Source of the DNA: Octopus vulgaris | Taxonomy: Eukaryota | Direction: 5' to 3' | DNA: 64,000 nt | NCBI GenBank assembly: GCA_951406725.2 | Contig: OX597816.1 | Span: forward strand, 98,146,001 to 98,210,000 | In this document: positions 26,790-40,825 of the stretch, piece after piece | How the letters are laid out: every line of letters starts with the position of its first letter | Position numbering within the stretch: the first letter of the stretch is position 1 | Program-made: the position numbers and the translations under genes | Notes under the pieces: generated by a model | Database searches by the model: none | What the model was told of the DNA's origin: nothing | What the model saw: the letters and a program-made list of their open reading frames with translations, nothing else

Positions 26790-27190
26790 GTAGCAACCGG
26801 GTAAAATGTTTCTACGCCATTTCATCCGTCTTTACATTCTAAGTTCAAATTCCACCTAGTTCGAATTTCCTTTACTTTCTTCCGGGATCAATAACCGAAG
26901 TAACAGTCAAGAATTTGGATCATGTAAATGACAACACTCTCCCCAACAATCTCTCGCCCTGTACCTTCAGTAGAAAAGAGCATTGCTTTTATTTAAGTAG
27001 CGAAATGACAGAATCTCTTGCAAGTAACAATATTATCAGCAGCAATGCTTCCGGAATTACATTCTAGTTATGCCGAGGTCGACATTGCCCCTCGACCCTC
27101 GGGGTCGATAAAATAGGTACCAGTCGCACACTTGGGATGAGGTATTCAACTAGACACTCCACAAATTTCAGACCATGTGCCTATATAATT
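26790..27190 (+). mobile_element. Two tandem degenerate SINE copies (second SINE family)
   Basis: Repeated gttcaaattcc / gccgaggtcgac / ggggtcgataaa.taggtaccagt blocks. The same motif occurs at 34960-35058. Confidence 0.6.
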
Positions 27191-28080
27191 TAGGTGGTTG
27201 GTTACTCCATTTGCCAGTCACGGAGAAATTTTGCTAGGGTCATGCATAATGTTATTATAGATGTGTGTCAGTCTTACATGATATTGAAGAAAAACATTCA
27301 TATAGAAATTAGGAATTTTATCTTTCCTGTTGATTCCCATTTGCGGCATTTTCTCAGAGCAGTGCTGAAAATTTCAGCAGAGGTATTTTTCCATATTTAC
27401 TTCGTAAAATGTTCACAATTCTTACTTGTTGATGAATCCAGGGAGCGTTCAAGGTACATGTTTCTAGTGTTCAGGGTACATTGTGTCGATCCTCAAGTCT
27501 TTTGTATTTTCCCTTCGGTAGGTGAGATCTTAGCAGCTATGTTAAATTATTTTAGATTTTGCAATTTTCCTATAAACCCTTTTATGATTTTACCACAACA
27601 TATTGCTTCCCTTGAAAAAGTTTAATCATTTTCAAGTCTCTTTATCCACGTCGCTTTGCCTTTGATAATTTGCTTAATTTTTGCAATTGCGTCATCTATT
27701 TCGCTTATTTTTTACATGTTAAATATTCTCTTCAGTTATCTAACTTTCATTATATTGACTATTTATTTATTTATTTTTTGCTCTTGATACTCTTAACTAT
27801 TCTAACGTTAAATCTGAGTACACTAATTGTATTTCTCATTCTCTCTTGTCATGCTGGTTTCCTGTTTATATTCTAAATCTTCCTCTTTACTTGAATACCA
27901 TACGGTGAAGAGTTTAATGAAGCTGAAGCATAAAGTAATTATATAAGATCTACTTCATTCTCACACAAGATGGATCCTCTAATAGCATTTTTCTTGCCAC
28001 TATATGTATAATTTTGTTTTGAGTGTGAATCTTGGATACTTCATTGCTATCTCCTATTCGGTGTGCTTGTTCTATTATTG
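27190..28080 (-). mobile_element. R4/Dong-type LINE fragment upstream of the RT
   Basis: Reverse complement TALRKCRKWESTGKDKIPNF resembles the conserved NWKxPGxDxIxNFW pre-RT block; it abuts (TAA)n at 28095-28192. Confidence 0.6.
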
Positions 28081-28116
28081 CTGTTGTTGTTGTTACTATT
28101 ATTATTATTATCATCA

Positions 28117-28175
<59 letters not shown>

Positions 28176-28339
28176 GTTATTATTATTATTATTCGTACCG
28201 ATTGCACGCGTGTCATATCGATCGTTATTTTAGTTTTATTGAGTTTCCAAAGTTGTTACTTTTGTTAATTTTGTTACAAAACGTTTATTGCAACCACCAG
28301 CATTGCATACATGTTTTTATGTTTGTTTGTGCTCCTCTG

Positions 28340-30650
28340 AGGTCGCAAATTGGAAAGAAAATGTTCATTTTGTTTTGGAAAAAAAAAATTAAACAGAAAC
28401 ATGGTGATGTCTGCTTGGCTCAGAAACATGGAAGTGGAATTCAGAAGTAAGTCTAGTTGTAAGTTGCAAAAGATGTATGAGTCCTACGTTTCCAGCCCTG
28501 AAATAGACGGGGAAGTAAGCACTCACTATGGTCAAAATCAAGTGAACCGCATTTCCACTTATACGAATGACAGCAGTGACAACAAAAACAATGACAACAT
28601 AGAATTTAAATACAGTTCCAACTATGAAATTGAGTTCCTCTCAATAAAACAAACAAGAACAACGATACGACCACGGACACAGCCTCCACCAACTCCATCA
28701 TCACCATTAGGGTAACCAAAAAATCACGATTGAATGAAGAAACAAAAACAACAGTGGAAACACAAATGACAACAATATTTCTGTGACTAGCAATAAAAAC
28801 TGCAACAACAATAACAACAATTATGCATTCACACCAACGGCTGCTAAAGGCGATGAAGTGTATAAAACGGATATCCTACGAAAAGAAATATATCTAATCC
28901 AAGTGGTAAAAGTGACCAAACTTAAAATTTCATGACATAGCCATCCGATATAGCCATCCAACCTCCTAGATGTTAAGAGAAACTCACAAAAGTTAGTAAT
29001 ACACAGATGTCTTTCCATAAATGCAAAACGGCCGGTGACAACTAGTTAGAAGTTGAAGAAGCGCTCAAAGAAATAATGCACGACATTCAGTATATCTTGA
29101 AAACTAAGCAATTTTCAAGAATTTCAGTGCGCATCAAAGTGAAACATTGTTCTTAAAACATTCAATTTTTCTCAATTGTTCCCAGTCGGAGCGAAAACTA
29201 TGTTCTCCGTTCGTCATATTTAATAAGGCGGACAGTGACAGTGAATATCTCAGGAATTCCGCCTGAGATAAATATAGGGTGGGAGTTAGCGTGCATTTTC
29301 TTGGAAGGAAGCAACAGTTTACTGATGGTGAAGCCAACCTATCGAGAAAATTGATCTGGGATCAGTGTGGAGGTGCTACTCCACGTCAAATGAGACGCGA
29401 TCCACAAGATCACAGACCTCATTGATCTTTCGGGAAGGAAAGGTCTACTGTTACTGTTGAGGTTTATAAATCGTGGTGACACAGTAAGGGGAGACGGGCC
29501 GCCTGAGAGCTTTCTACCATCAACAAAACACAGTGAACCATATGACCCTCCTACTGCTAACACAAGGTCCCCGAAAGCCACAATCACTAAACCATCTGCG
29601 AACAACAGCGAAAGTGGCTCCAAAATCGAAAACAACTACCCCGTCACCAACAGGAACATCAAAACGAGCAACTGCTGAAGGAACCACGACACCAGCAACA
29701 ATAATGACAACACCAGCAGTAGATGCACCACCAGCACCTTCCACAGCCGAAAGAATAAAAACGGGAAAATATAACATCCAGGGACACACCCAGAGAAGCT
29801 CTCCCTCTGTCTCTCTTCGTCCCCTCTAAACACAGTTACACCCAGTTACGCCCAAATTCCACAGATACTGATACTGCTGCTTAACGTAAAGAAAACAAAA
29901 CACAATAAAACACTATGCCCCACACTAACACACGCACCAAAGTACATACAATACATTCCCACAAAAATCACAGACTCACCTGGAGCAATAACAGTAACTA
30001 CAGAACCACGATCGTCAATCCACCCCTGTCGCAACCAGCTCCACCAACATTACCACAACCACAAGAACCCACTAAAAGAAAAAATCTCCCAACAGCAACA
30101 ACACACCACATAAACATTAAACTTCATGCTAGTGAGAAAGGCCAACAAGGAATGCATGTCCACGAAGCACGAAAAAATGACATCGAGAGAGAAAGTGAGA
30201 TCTTAGGCATCAGCATAATTCAAGTGGAAGAAACATTGGCGATAAAGCGCATGTCGCTGGAAACATAAGAAACATTTGGGAGAGCTTTCTTCATGACGTG
30301 GGCACACGTAATGTAAAAAAATACGAATAGGCTTTTAACTAGGTTCCCGAAAGAATGCCAACCAGATATAGAGTTCGAACCCCCAGAGATCCACTGGCAC
30401 GTGCATAGTAAATAGCCATCCGCTTTTCCTTGAGTTTAAAAATGAGCTGTGTAAGTGTTCGAGGCCCGTGCTGTCATTTCATCCTGTCATTCCGACGACT
30501 TCTACGGAATTCTTAGTCGACCTGAAATAGCAGGCTGAATGGAAATTTCTTCTGTTTAGAAGACACCTGCATCTCGAGGTATGAATGATCTTCCTGGACA
30601 CGAATAGTAAGTTGGTAGTCTAGGATATCAGCAACTGCGAAGTTTTTGCT
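28340..30650 (+). mobile_element. Degraded gag/ORF1-like region with a T/P-rich tract, probably from a LINE
   Basis: Chain of same-strand ORF pieces; RTVTVNISGIPPEI..W (~29230) resembles an ORF1 RRM-type segment; A/C-rich strand bias. Family uncertain. Confidence 0.4.
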
Positions 30651-30829
30651 TTTAGACTAGTCTGTGAAGCTAATTGTAACTTATGATAGTAGAGATACTT
30701 ATTTCCTCATTTTTGCAATTAGCTTTTTTCTTTTTAACAACGAATCCCATTCAAGTATAATATCATAATCTAAATTTCTCTTACATTTACATACTCTATA
30801 CGCAGTCCATTTCATACATTCCTAAGTAG

Positions 30830-31072
30830 CCGCATGTCTGTGTTTGGTATAATTCTCTTACGCCGCTTCCATTGTGATATTCCTGGGAGACACGCTCTCT
30901 CCACTCCTTTTCTGTTTGGCACTGACAACTTTACCTCAAATGCTAAACAGAACTGGATGCAGATACAAATGTTACGGCAAAACGATCAGCCACCTTTTAT
31001 ATATGGATGACATACAACTATACGCTACAAATGATAAATAGCTGGAAACACTACGACAGGCAGTACATGGAT
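30830..31072 (+). mobile_element. R4/Dong-type RT fragment
   Basis: LNRTGCRYKCYGKTISHLLYMDDIQLYA (YMDD catalytic motif). Confidence 0.8.
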
Positions 31073-31915
31073 TTACCAACGGAGTTGGGTTTCTTCTCTC
31101 TCGTTGGCTGTTCTTGATCGGAATTCATGAGCACTCTCGAGTCCATTTTTGTTAAATCCTTCTGGATTAGCAGCATACTGTAGCAGGTCTTCGTTGTTGT
31201 TTACCAAATATTCTACCATGTTTCTTCTTTCACTGTTGATACACTCCCTTACGCTAATCAGCCCACATCCTCCCTTACTTCTCTTCATGTAGAGCCTGTG
31301 TACATTTGCCATAGGGTGGAGGGCATCATGCATTGTCATTGTCTTTTTGGTAGTGCGATCCAGTTGGTCAATCTCCACTTATGTCCAGCTCAGTATACAA
31401 ACACTATAGCGGACTACAGTAACAGCCCATATGTTGATGGCAGTCACAAAGTACTTTGAGTTGAGTTTCAATTTTAAGAGAAGCTTGAGGCGCTTGAAAT
31501 ATGCAGTGATGACCTTGTCTTACATTTCTGTGTGCAAGCTATTCTTCCAAATCCAGGAACCAAATATACTTGTACCCATCATCATCCGGGTCTTCCATTC
31601 TCTCTCCATTTGGCAATTCTATGACCCTACAATTTTTTTTTTCCCGCTTCAAACTAATCCCCACACACATCGAGGTAACGAATTACATCCCTCTATCCAG
31701 CTGCGTATTTCAAACAGCCTCGCCAATATAGGCTCTGTTTTTGCGAACAGTTTTAAATTATCCATGAAGAGAAAGTGATTGAGACGTGGACCTTTTTTTC
31801 TCAGCTCATAGCACACGTTGATTTGATGTAACTCTAAAGAAAGTGGGATCAAGGTCATAAAAAAAAACAGAAGTGAACAAGTTTCCTTGGAATATACCTC
31901 TTTTGACTGCTTTGA
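31073..31915 (-). mobile_element. R4/Dong-type RT fragment
   Basis: VKRGIFQG, LIPLS-EL, RLNHFLFMDNLKLFAK, YKYL, INIWAVTVVRYS, EIDQLDRTTKK-MTMH-ALHP-ANV-RLYMKRSKGGCGLISV; abuts (TAA)n/(TTG)n. Confidence 0.85.
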
Positions 31916-32280
31916 TTATTATCATTATTATTATTATTATTATTATTATTGTTGTTGTTGTTGTTGTTGTTGTTGCTGTTTTTGCTATTGTTGTTGTTGT
32001 TTTTGTTTTTGCTTTTGTTGTTGTTTTGCTGTTAATCGACCTTTGATTCGCGGAGTAGATTAAAACTGCGCAACATGTAAAATGAGCCGCACTTCCACTG
32101 TAAAGGACCAGGATCAGGGAATGCTTTTTGCACATGATTATGTTTAGAGAACTCTGAAATGTATACTTGCTCGACAATTTAATGAGCAGTTAGCCCACCT
32201 GACCGAAAAATCTTAAATATGTAAAGCTGAAACAGACGCACAACAATTAAGTTTCACATACATACATCCAAACTAATATG

Positions 32281-32334
<54 letters not shown>

Positions 32335-32373
32335 TATACATATAAATATGCATATATGTATTTATCTGTGTAT

Positions 32374-32448
<75 letters not shown>

Positions 32449-32749
32449 AAGGTATGAATGCGGGTGCATATATTCGTGTTCATATATCTCTTATGTGTGC
32501 TGCTCGGGCGTGTGTGTATGTATATATGAGTTAACATTTTAAATTTCACATAAAATGTTAAAACCCATCTCAGAGGAGTAAAGTGCAATTAAAATTGTAA
32601 ACATGCTAAAGTCAACGTATCTCATGTGACTTGTTTTGTGCCTAAGCTAACCTCTCATTACCGGAATATATGAGGTCTTTGACGATGATAATCAGTAGAA
32701 GGCGGTGACTGGGAGCGTAAATTGTATTCCCCGTACTTTGTCTAATGAT

Positions 32750-34950
32750 TCAAATGCAATATTATCGTAGGTGCGTGCGAGACGTACCCATTAGTGAGAT
32801 AATTATATCGATATGGAAATGCTGAACAGATGACATGCTACGCTATGACATAAGCAACACCTAAGCTCACCTTCCGTAACGCCCTCAATATCTAAATATC
32901 AAGCTTAAAGGTTAACATAACACGAAACCTTCAATTAAGAAACAATGAATATCAAACTACGATAAAAGAATGCTTTAAATTTGGTTCCTATAATCTAATT
33001 GTCGTATGCAGCAATAGAAAATTAACATTAGAGTTGATTAAACGTCAGGTGCTAATGTACTACTTTAACAAGCGTGTATAAGATCAATATCCGATTCACC
33101 CAATCTACGTAGATTATTGTTCATGAGTTACGAGGGCTGTTGTTCACCACCATGAAAATAACTAACGGAATCATTTCATTGTCATGACAATACAACGCGA
33201 AAAAAATCAAATGCGGTTGATTTAATAACGAATTCGAGTCTAAATTCCAAGATTGTTACCAAATACAACAGGCGACAAATTCGGTGGCACATCAACGAAA
33301 GTTAGATATGATAACACAAACTGAGGCAATATTTCTGATGTATCACAAGTATATTAATGCCAATTCTTTTCATAATCTAATGTATTCAAACACAACTTAT
33401 ATGTTCTGAAGACGGGAGAGAAAGAAATATTAGGTATAGTTATTTATTTTATGAAATATAATGCCATCATGGAGATTTTAAATAGCTGTTGTTGTTTTGC
33501 CTTATCAGAACCTTCATCAGTCAGGTCTATGTCTGAAGTCAGTCGAGCTGTGATCATTTAGTCAGTCTCTTAAGGGACTCTTGATCACATTATCCAAAGT
33601 GATCTGTCTTTTAAAGCGCTATGACAGGATTTGGGAGGGAGATGGTTCACTATTTCTGTCAGTCCCACTAATTACAGCGACCATGTAGATGTCATCTCAT
33701 TTGATCGGTTGGTGATCTGGAATTATGTACAAGATTCGTAAAATGTAATTGAATGATAATCTTATAGGTACGTTCAGAATTGAACACATATAAAACAGCA
33801 AATTAGACGAAGAGAAAATGAAATGACTTGTAAAATGCAAGCATAGTGCACACTTATAGTGTGAGTTGAGTCTAAAATAAAAGGAGGAAGAACAACACTT
33901 AGTGATATTGCTTACACTTACAGTCGCAATCAGATATCAGGACTAACACAACAGTGACACAGCGAAAAAGCTCAATAGAATAAAATGAGACTGGACTACG
34001 GGGAACATTCTATGTATCTACGTATCGGAGAATATCTATCACAACAAATTGGTTCTTGATATTTCTTTTGCAGTAAGTGTACATGTGGATCGATAACCCA
34101 CGTATTGGTGTGGTGAATTAAAATTCCTTGTAATGCATATATGACTTTAGAATAAAATACTTACGCGCCGCATTAATTCTACGTCATTGTATCTAGTTCT
34201 GAAATCAAAATTACAATTAGATTTTCAGGTAGTTAATCGTATTGTATACCATAATTTCATTTCATTGTTTTCTATGCTTATTTTCCTGTTACTATTACAA
34301 TCACCTAAAAAATAAATATTTGAAGAAGTCCATTATACTCGATTGGGGATCGACTTTCTGCATTGAAACCAAGGATTTCGATGAAAGTCGTAAAGTAACG
34401 CAGGTGTATAGGTAAAACCAAGCAAGAAAAAATTATGTTTTTATGGTATATATCAGAGGAATGACGTTATTCGTTTAAACACTACCATTAGACAGCTACT
34501 TTTATCATTCAACTACGGTATTGTTGAATATATTTTCAAGTCCACCAATTTGTCAATCGCAGCAGATTCCAAGCTTTACCACTAATTCAGTTCTCAACTA
34601 AATTGCAACCTGCTAATAGTTTTAAAGCTACACTTTAGCATAAATAGTTTCGGACTTCGTTCAGTAGAAAAAAAGTGACATCAAAATATCTGCGACATCA
34701 AGGGGGGCAGTAAGGCAGATATTCAACTTCAATTATCATAATTTTAAAAAATTTTAAATTAAAAGTAACTTTTCTTAGGCTTAATTGATAGAAAAATGCA
34801 TGAAAAAATCAGAATCGTTAGTTGCATTGAACAAAAGTTAGTAGAAAGTGTTATGAAGTAACATATTACGAAATTTTATATAAATAAGTAAGGAAGTAAG
34901 AGGGTAATACTTAAGCAATAAAAGTAAAGAATATATTCCTAAAATGAATG
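32750..34950 (+). pseudogene. Pcdh: Decayed intronless protocadherin remnant, with a repeat insertion at about 33480-33700
   Basis: SNAVDLITNSSLNSKIVTK (33207; cf. EC2 PNAIDRDVGVLNSQITY), IYVSENIYHNKLVLDIS (34016), IETKDFDE (34362), LPLDSYF, TSRGAVRQIFNFNYH (34695; cf. EC6 ITRGNDKQLFTINHY), in the expected order. Confidence 0.55.
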
Positions 34951-34959
34951 TTCGCATCC

Positions 34960-35058
34960 TAAGGTGATGGGCTGGCGGAAACCTTAGCACTCAGGGCACA
35001 ATTCTTAGCTGTATTTCTTACGTTTTGAGTTCAAATTTCGCGGAGGTCGACTTTCCCG
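34960..35058 (+). mobile_element. tRNA-derived SINE 5' fragment
   Basis: A-box-like tggcggaaacc and B-box-like gagttcaaatt, then cggaggtcgactt. Confidence 0.55.
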
Positions 35059-35982
35059 TGCAGATTATTTTCTCTATATTTTTAATTAAACACTATCATA
35101 CTTCCGAATGTGTCACATAGAACAGGGTTTACTCTTAACGTTTTTGACAAAATTTTGTATTCTAGAAGTTATTTCGTCAGAACTTACAGAGTGACAATGG
35201 ACAAATTCGTGTTTGATAAGTGCCAATACACCAAACTCTCAGCTTTTGACTTACTCTCTAACTTCGGCCGATGATATATATACATATTACATATGTGTAA
35301 AACAATCTCATCAAGCAATCAAACCAATGAAAGAGCGTCTACCTAGTCACTCGACACGCTAAAAATAGCAGCCAAAGTGTCCCCCTACCTAAATCACACA
35401 CCCAATATACGTAATATACGTTGATGATAGGTTTGCAGTATCAGGGTTGATTTGAGGCTAAATAACGATATTATGGCAAATTTCTTTGTTAACACCCGCA
35501 CGATTTTCACTAACAAAAAAAAATTGATATTTTGCGTGGAATCAAGTACCCTGACCTCCTAATATGCTGCAAATCCCTTATATTGTTTCGGAAAAAATGA
35601 GATGGGGGTACCTCCTCCAATCCCGGAATTATTGGAAGTTTTTGATCGTTGATTGAATTCCTGTGACCTAATATTGCAAAATCAGGTTACTTAAGTTGAA
35701 CCTGGTAACTAATGGTTTTGGAGTATTGTTGTTTGTAACGTTTGGTGAACCTTGGTGCATCCAACAACATGGTTATAATCTCTACCATTAAATTGGTGTG
35801 GATGGGTAATATCAAATAATTAAATCACAGCATACATTTAAATTAAACATGAAAAAGTTTAAATATTATCATTACGTACATAGAAAAATTTTAATATCTT
35901 TCAGTATTTTATAAGGTAAAAACTTAAATTATTGACCCATCAATAATCTTCTAACAGCACTGTCTGGAAAAATCATAGATTA

Positions 35983-36510
35983 CATGGAAAAATGTGAGCA
36001 TGGAAAATAATATTCTTAAGATTATAAACCTGGAAACGTACAGGACAAGTAATTACACCTATAGAAGTATCGGACAAACTATTACTTCTAGTAAAGTAAA
36101 GAATAAGAAAATTTTTACTTAAAATATTGCAGCAAAAAATGCCAGTTCTTCTAATACATCACTCTTTACAGTTCTCAACTTTTAAATTTATTGTACAAAA
36201 CTGTTCATCTAATCTGTAAGTTTGTCTAATTAGTTACGATTTTCTATATTTAAGGTAATTTGTCACTTTTGTCTGTATTTAACTAAATTAGTAACTTTTT
36301 CTGTATTTAACCAAATTCTACTTAAATAATTATAGTGTACTTTCTAAACTATTATAAAATAAGTTTTAATATTCAAATTTTAATTTTAGCTGCAATGTTT
36401 TAAGTAAAGAATTTCTTATTCTTTACTTTGCTAGAAGTAATAGCTTGTCCTGTACTTATCCAGATTCATAATCTTAAGAAAATTACTTTTCATGCTTGCA
36501 TTTTTCCATG
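35983..36510. mobile_element. MITE/foldback with ~130-150-bp terminal inverted repeats
   Basis: TA|CATGGAAAAATG...attacttctagtaaagtaaagaataagaaa...ttgcagc versus gctgcaa...tttcttattctttactttgctagaagtaat...CATTTTTCCATG|TA. Confidence 0.75.
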
Positions 36511-36898
36511 TAAAATATAGTAGGACACCGTGGACTGTTATTTGAGATGAAAAGGAAGTAAAAAGACCATAGTCAAGCTTATTATCTAAGCTCTAATGTA
36601 ATTTAGTAATGGAAAATTTGATTCGATATTGCCATAGAAAATTTGTCGGTATTGTTGAAATAACAAGTATATTACACCTGAGTCCATTCTTATGAAGCGA
36701 TTCCATTTGAGAATGTAAGCCGTTTGTGGGAGATTAGTAGCAAAAAAACAAAAAAAACATTAAGATCTTGAAATACAAAACAGAACATTCTTTCATAAAC
36801 ACCCTCGTCAAGCGAGATGTTGAAATATTTTACAGGGACATGGATAGTTTCAAATTCAATATGAGTTTCTTGTAACAATTTTCCGCGATTGCTGCCTA

Positions 36899-36963
<65 letters not shown>

Positions 36964-37244
36964 AAAGTAGTAGTAGTAGTAGTTGTTGCCCTTGTTTGAA
37001 ACACAAGACTGTTATTGTCTATACTTACCGGGAAAACTGAGTGACAGATTGCACAGAATAAGCTGAATGAGTCTTTTTTTATATATGTATACTGTTTAAT
37101 TCCATTTAGGAGAGGGTTGTAAATGTCCTAAGATTTGCTTTGCTTCACTTTTTTGTGAATCGATAAAATAGACAGCATTTCACTTCTGGCGTTGACTCAA
37201 TTGACAGCTTACAGTGCATATGCATAATTTAACGTCAATGTATG

Positions 37245-37299
<55 letters not shown>

Positions 37300-40200
37300 G
37301 AAACCGTATTAAGTACTGGTTTTAGTAATAGAGGCTATAGTAGCATTAATAGTACTCTTCTTAGCAAGATTAGTACCATTTACATGCAAAACCATTTAGT
37401 TGGTGTGATAATTTTCATTTGAAGTTCAAATTCGAATGAACCAGTAGCAATATCAATTGTACTTCAACAACAACTACTACTGATAATGGTGACGAGCTTT
37501 GTTATTTGCTCCACGGCCATCAAATGAGGTGGTCATTACAAGCACAGTTTATAATTTAAAGTAAAGTTTATTTTAAATGGCATATAGATTATTGTCATCC
37601 ATTTGAGAGTAGGAGTATATTATCCTCATACGAGCATGTATCTGTGGTTACTTTTTCTTCGTATTCGTTGGAACGGAGTGATTTTACTTTTCTGTATACA
37701 CTTCCGTTTCTCATCTGCAATACCGACCATCCAAATATTTCTTTGCTTGTGCTGATAGTGGGTGATAAAACATTCTATTTGCTCCTATATAGATTAAAAT
37801 TATTTGTATTGTTCTTTCTCTTACGGACAGTTTCTATTTGGCTGCACTTCTTGAAATTTTCAAATTAAGTGAAAATTTTCAAATTTGGTGTATTAATGTA
37901 ATTTTTCACGCTAAATGTCAGGCTCTAATTCAAATGTTCCCGAAAATTTTTCAAAAGTTTACAGGGGTTTAAACCTTGATCATTTTTACCCAATGAGAAA
38001 ACAGGATTTGGAAGGTGTCATATTTGCGACAAGAGAACCTGTATTAATATCAACTGTAAACAAATGTTATCCTGGCGGAATTCTGCTTTACGCACGCCAT
38101 ATAAACCCTTATAAGTTTTTTATCCTCTGGAATTTTTAGAAAATTTTAACAATTCTTTATTCTACACAAGGGAATTCATACGATTATGCAAAACCCAATA
38201 AGAAAATGTACGTGATCTGAAGCCAATTAGCTGATAATTTTAGCACGTCTCACTGTGTTTTAAGCATTTTAATGAACGAAAAATAATCACATGGCTCGAC
38301 AGGACCACAACAAACGGATTAGTAGCTTCGTAACAGCTTGGCTTCTTACTATGGAAACAAACATCTATATGCCTTTGACTTTTGATTGTCTAAAATTACC
38401 GAAACTTCGTAAACTTTAAAAGTTGTTAGCACTTTATTTTTTGAATTATGGCGAAAATGAAATTCATATCAATAATCACCACAGAAAACTACATCAACAC
38501 ACCAAATATCAAATCAATTTAAATGAAATTGAAGAAATTAAAAAGTGGCAGCTAGATAGAAGAGATCAATTCTGTCTTCTAGTGGAAGCCAATTTAGGCC
38601 CAGCATGGTTAAGCAATAGCTGTCTCTCAAATTGACCTCTCAGTTGTCTTCTAATGCTAAACCAATCCCTTGTTTATTACATTAGCACACCCCGGGTCTG
38701 AATTTAAGGTGTGTTCATGTTGTGATTACGCTGTTGTTGCTACTGCTTCGATATCTTTATTCTTGTTGCCATTGTTGTTGATAATGAGAATGATTGTGGT
38801 AGTTTGGTCGATTCTGTTGTTGCCATGATTTCTCTTGCTGATGCTATCATTGTACTTTGATGGACACATTGGGGTGTCTATGTGTTTGATTCCGATGACA
38901 GTTAAGTCGCATACTGTTTTTAACTTGAGTGACAGTTGATTTGCTGGATGACGACAGGGGTGATTTTCAGTACATTTTCTCCTGCGACCACTATTCATTT
39001 ACGAGCTATGGTAAAAAATTAGACTTAATATGTCACCGAAATTTGGGGACAGAATATGCCCCATTCCCTGCTTAAAATACCAAAACGAATACTTCTTTCA
39101 CTTTTGTAAAACAAGCGTAATGATTTTAGATGGCGGATCAATAATTCTTGCTACCGTAGAAACAAAGTAAAAAAAATTGTGGAGAGGGTGATAGTCGATA
39201 ACATAGAACCTAGTGCTCAAGTACTACTGCTACTTCTATGGCTCCGGCTAAAACTGCTACTGTTTGTGATACTTCTACTATTCTGACATTTGTAATTATC
39301 CATGCATTTATTTTATCGTTATCTGCAAATTCTAGGAACAAGATACCATTCAGTGCTTTGTGAAATGCCACTTTACTTCAGGTTTGTCACAAATATTTCA
39401 TTAAAATTATTAGATGTCATATATGTTCAGCCCCCGTGTTTTTTCCTGCATATCTGAACGCCGGCAATAACAAATAAAATTGCACATAATTCTAGGTTAT
39501 TGTTTAGAAATTGCTACGTAAGTGAATGTCTTTTATTTTTTACTTATTTATTTATTTATTTATTTATTCGTTTAGCCATAGTAATAATTATTTATTTATT
39601 ATGTAGTTAATATTGCATAAGAATCAATTCTTTACCTGCTAGAATCTATACTGAAATGCAAATATTCTCGTTCCTCATGCAGTTCTCTACAAAATATACG
39701 CTAGAAATGCATTCGACTTTGTTTAATTTAAATTAAATACTCGTATATAAAGATTTGTGTTTACAAATCGAATGTACTTCAGGTTCTGTTGCTTGTATAT
39801 TAGATGCCTGTCAAGTATTAAATACAACTGCTTTATTCTGAGAGCCTCGGTTTTAATCACAAATAGAAAATGACGCTATTTAATATTTGTGTGCCATAAT
39901 GAAACCAATCGAATTTGCAAATTCATATTCTCGTTTTGCTTTTTGAATACGATTACTTTTCTTTCTTTGTCTAATAAAAACTGTGCTTGATTTTGGAATT
40001 GAGGCTTTGAGAATACACACTGATGTATCCGGTTTGAGTATGTAATGTCCTGAGTTGATAATAATACGACGTTCTACGATGAAGTCCGTATTTCTTTGGT
40101 TAAAGTGTAGCTATGGTGTTCGCTTGTACAAGTAAATATGACTAACTGCACATAAGTAGCTTCTCCATACCTTACAGAAGGAACAAAAAATTTCTAGCTA

Positions 40201-40448
40201 GATGTCAATACCTTTTCTTTTTTCCTGTGTTTTGATGTGCATAGACTCTCAGACCAGTGAAAATATAGATTTAGCAACTATTACGTGTGGAAGTATAAAT
40301 TTTGCATATTTCTATTAAGCGTATATGTATATATGTATATATTAATATATATATATATATGTGTGTGTGTGTCTGTATCTGCGTGTATGTATGTAAATGT
40401 GTATATATATACATACATATATAAACATACACACATATGCACATACAT

Positions 40449-40515
<67 letters not shown>

Positions 40516-40519
40516 GTAA

Positions 40520-40825
40520 AGTATAGAAGCCATCTTATCATGGCTAACCACATTGGGGAGGGGGTGTTACTGTAGCTTTATAGCCCCAAGAGATCTTCGT
40601 CCCTAGCTGGCTTTAGACACAATATCTGTGTCCTTGGAGTATTTGCAAAGGGAGGCCATCCCTTCCTCGCAAGCCTGAGTGATACGCTCGAACTAGTTTC
40701 AGGATTGTTGTCCCTCGTCAACGGGCGGTAACCACCAGGTAGCGATGACAGAGAAGGTTCCTTTGCAAATAGATATAAGTTTTTCTAATGGCGTCTGCCA
40801 CTGATGTCGAAAAACTAGTTCGAGC

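Noticed and set aside
37640-38640. Possible non-autonomous DNA transposon
   Set aside because: No TIR pair or TSD could be located.
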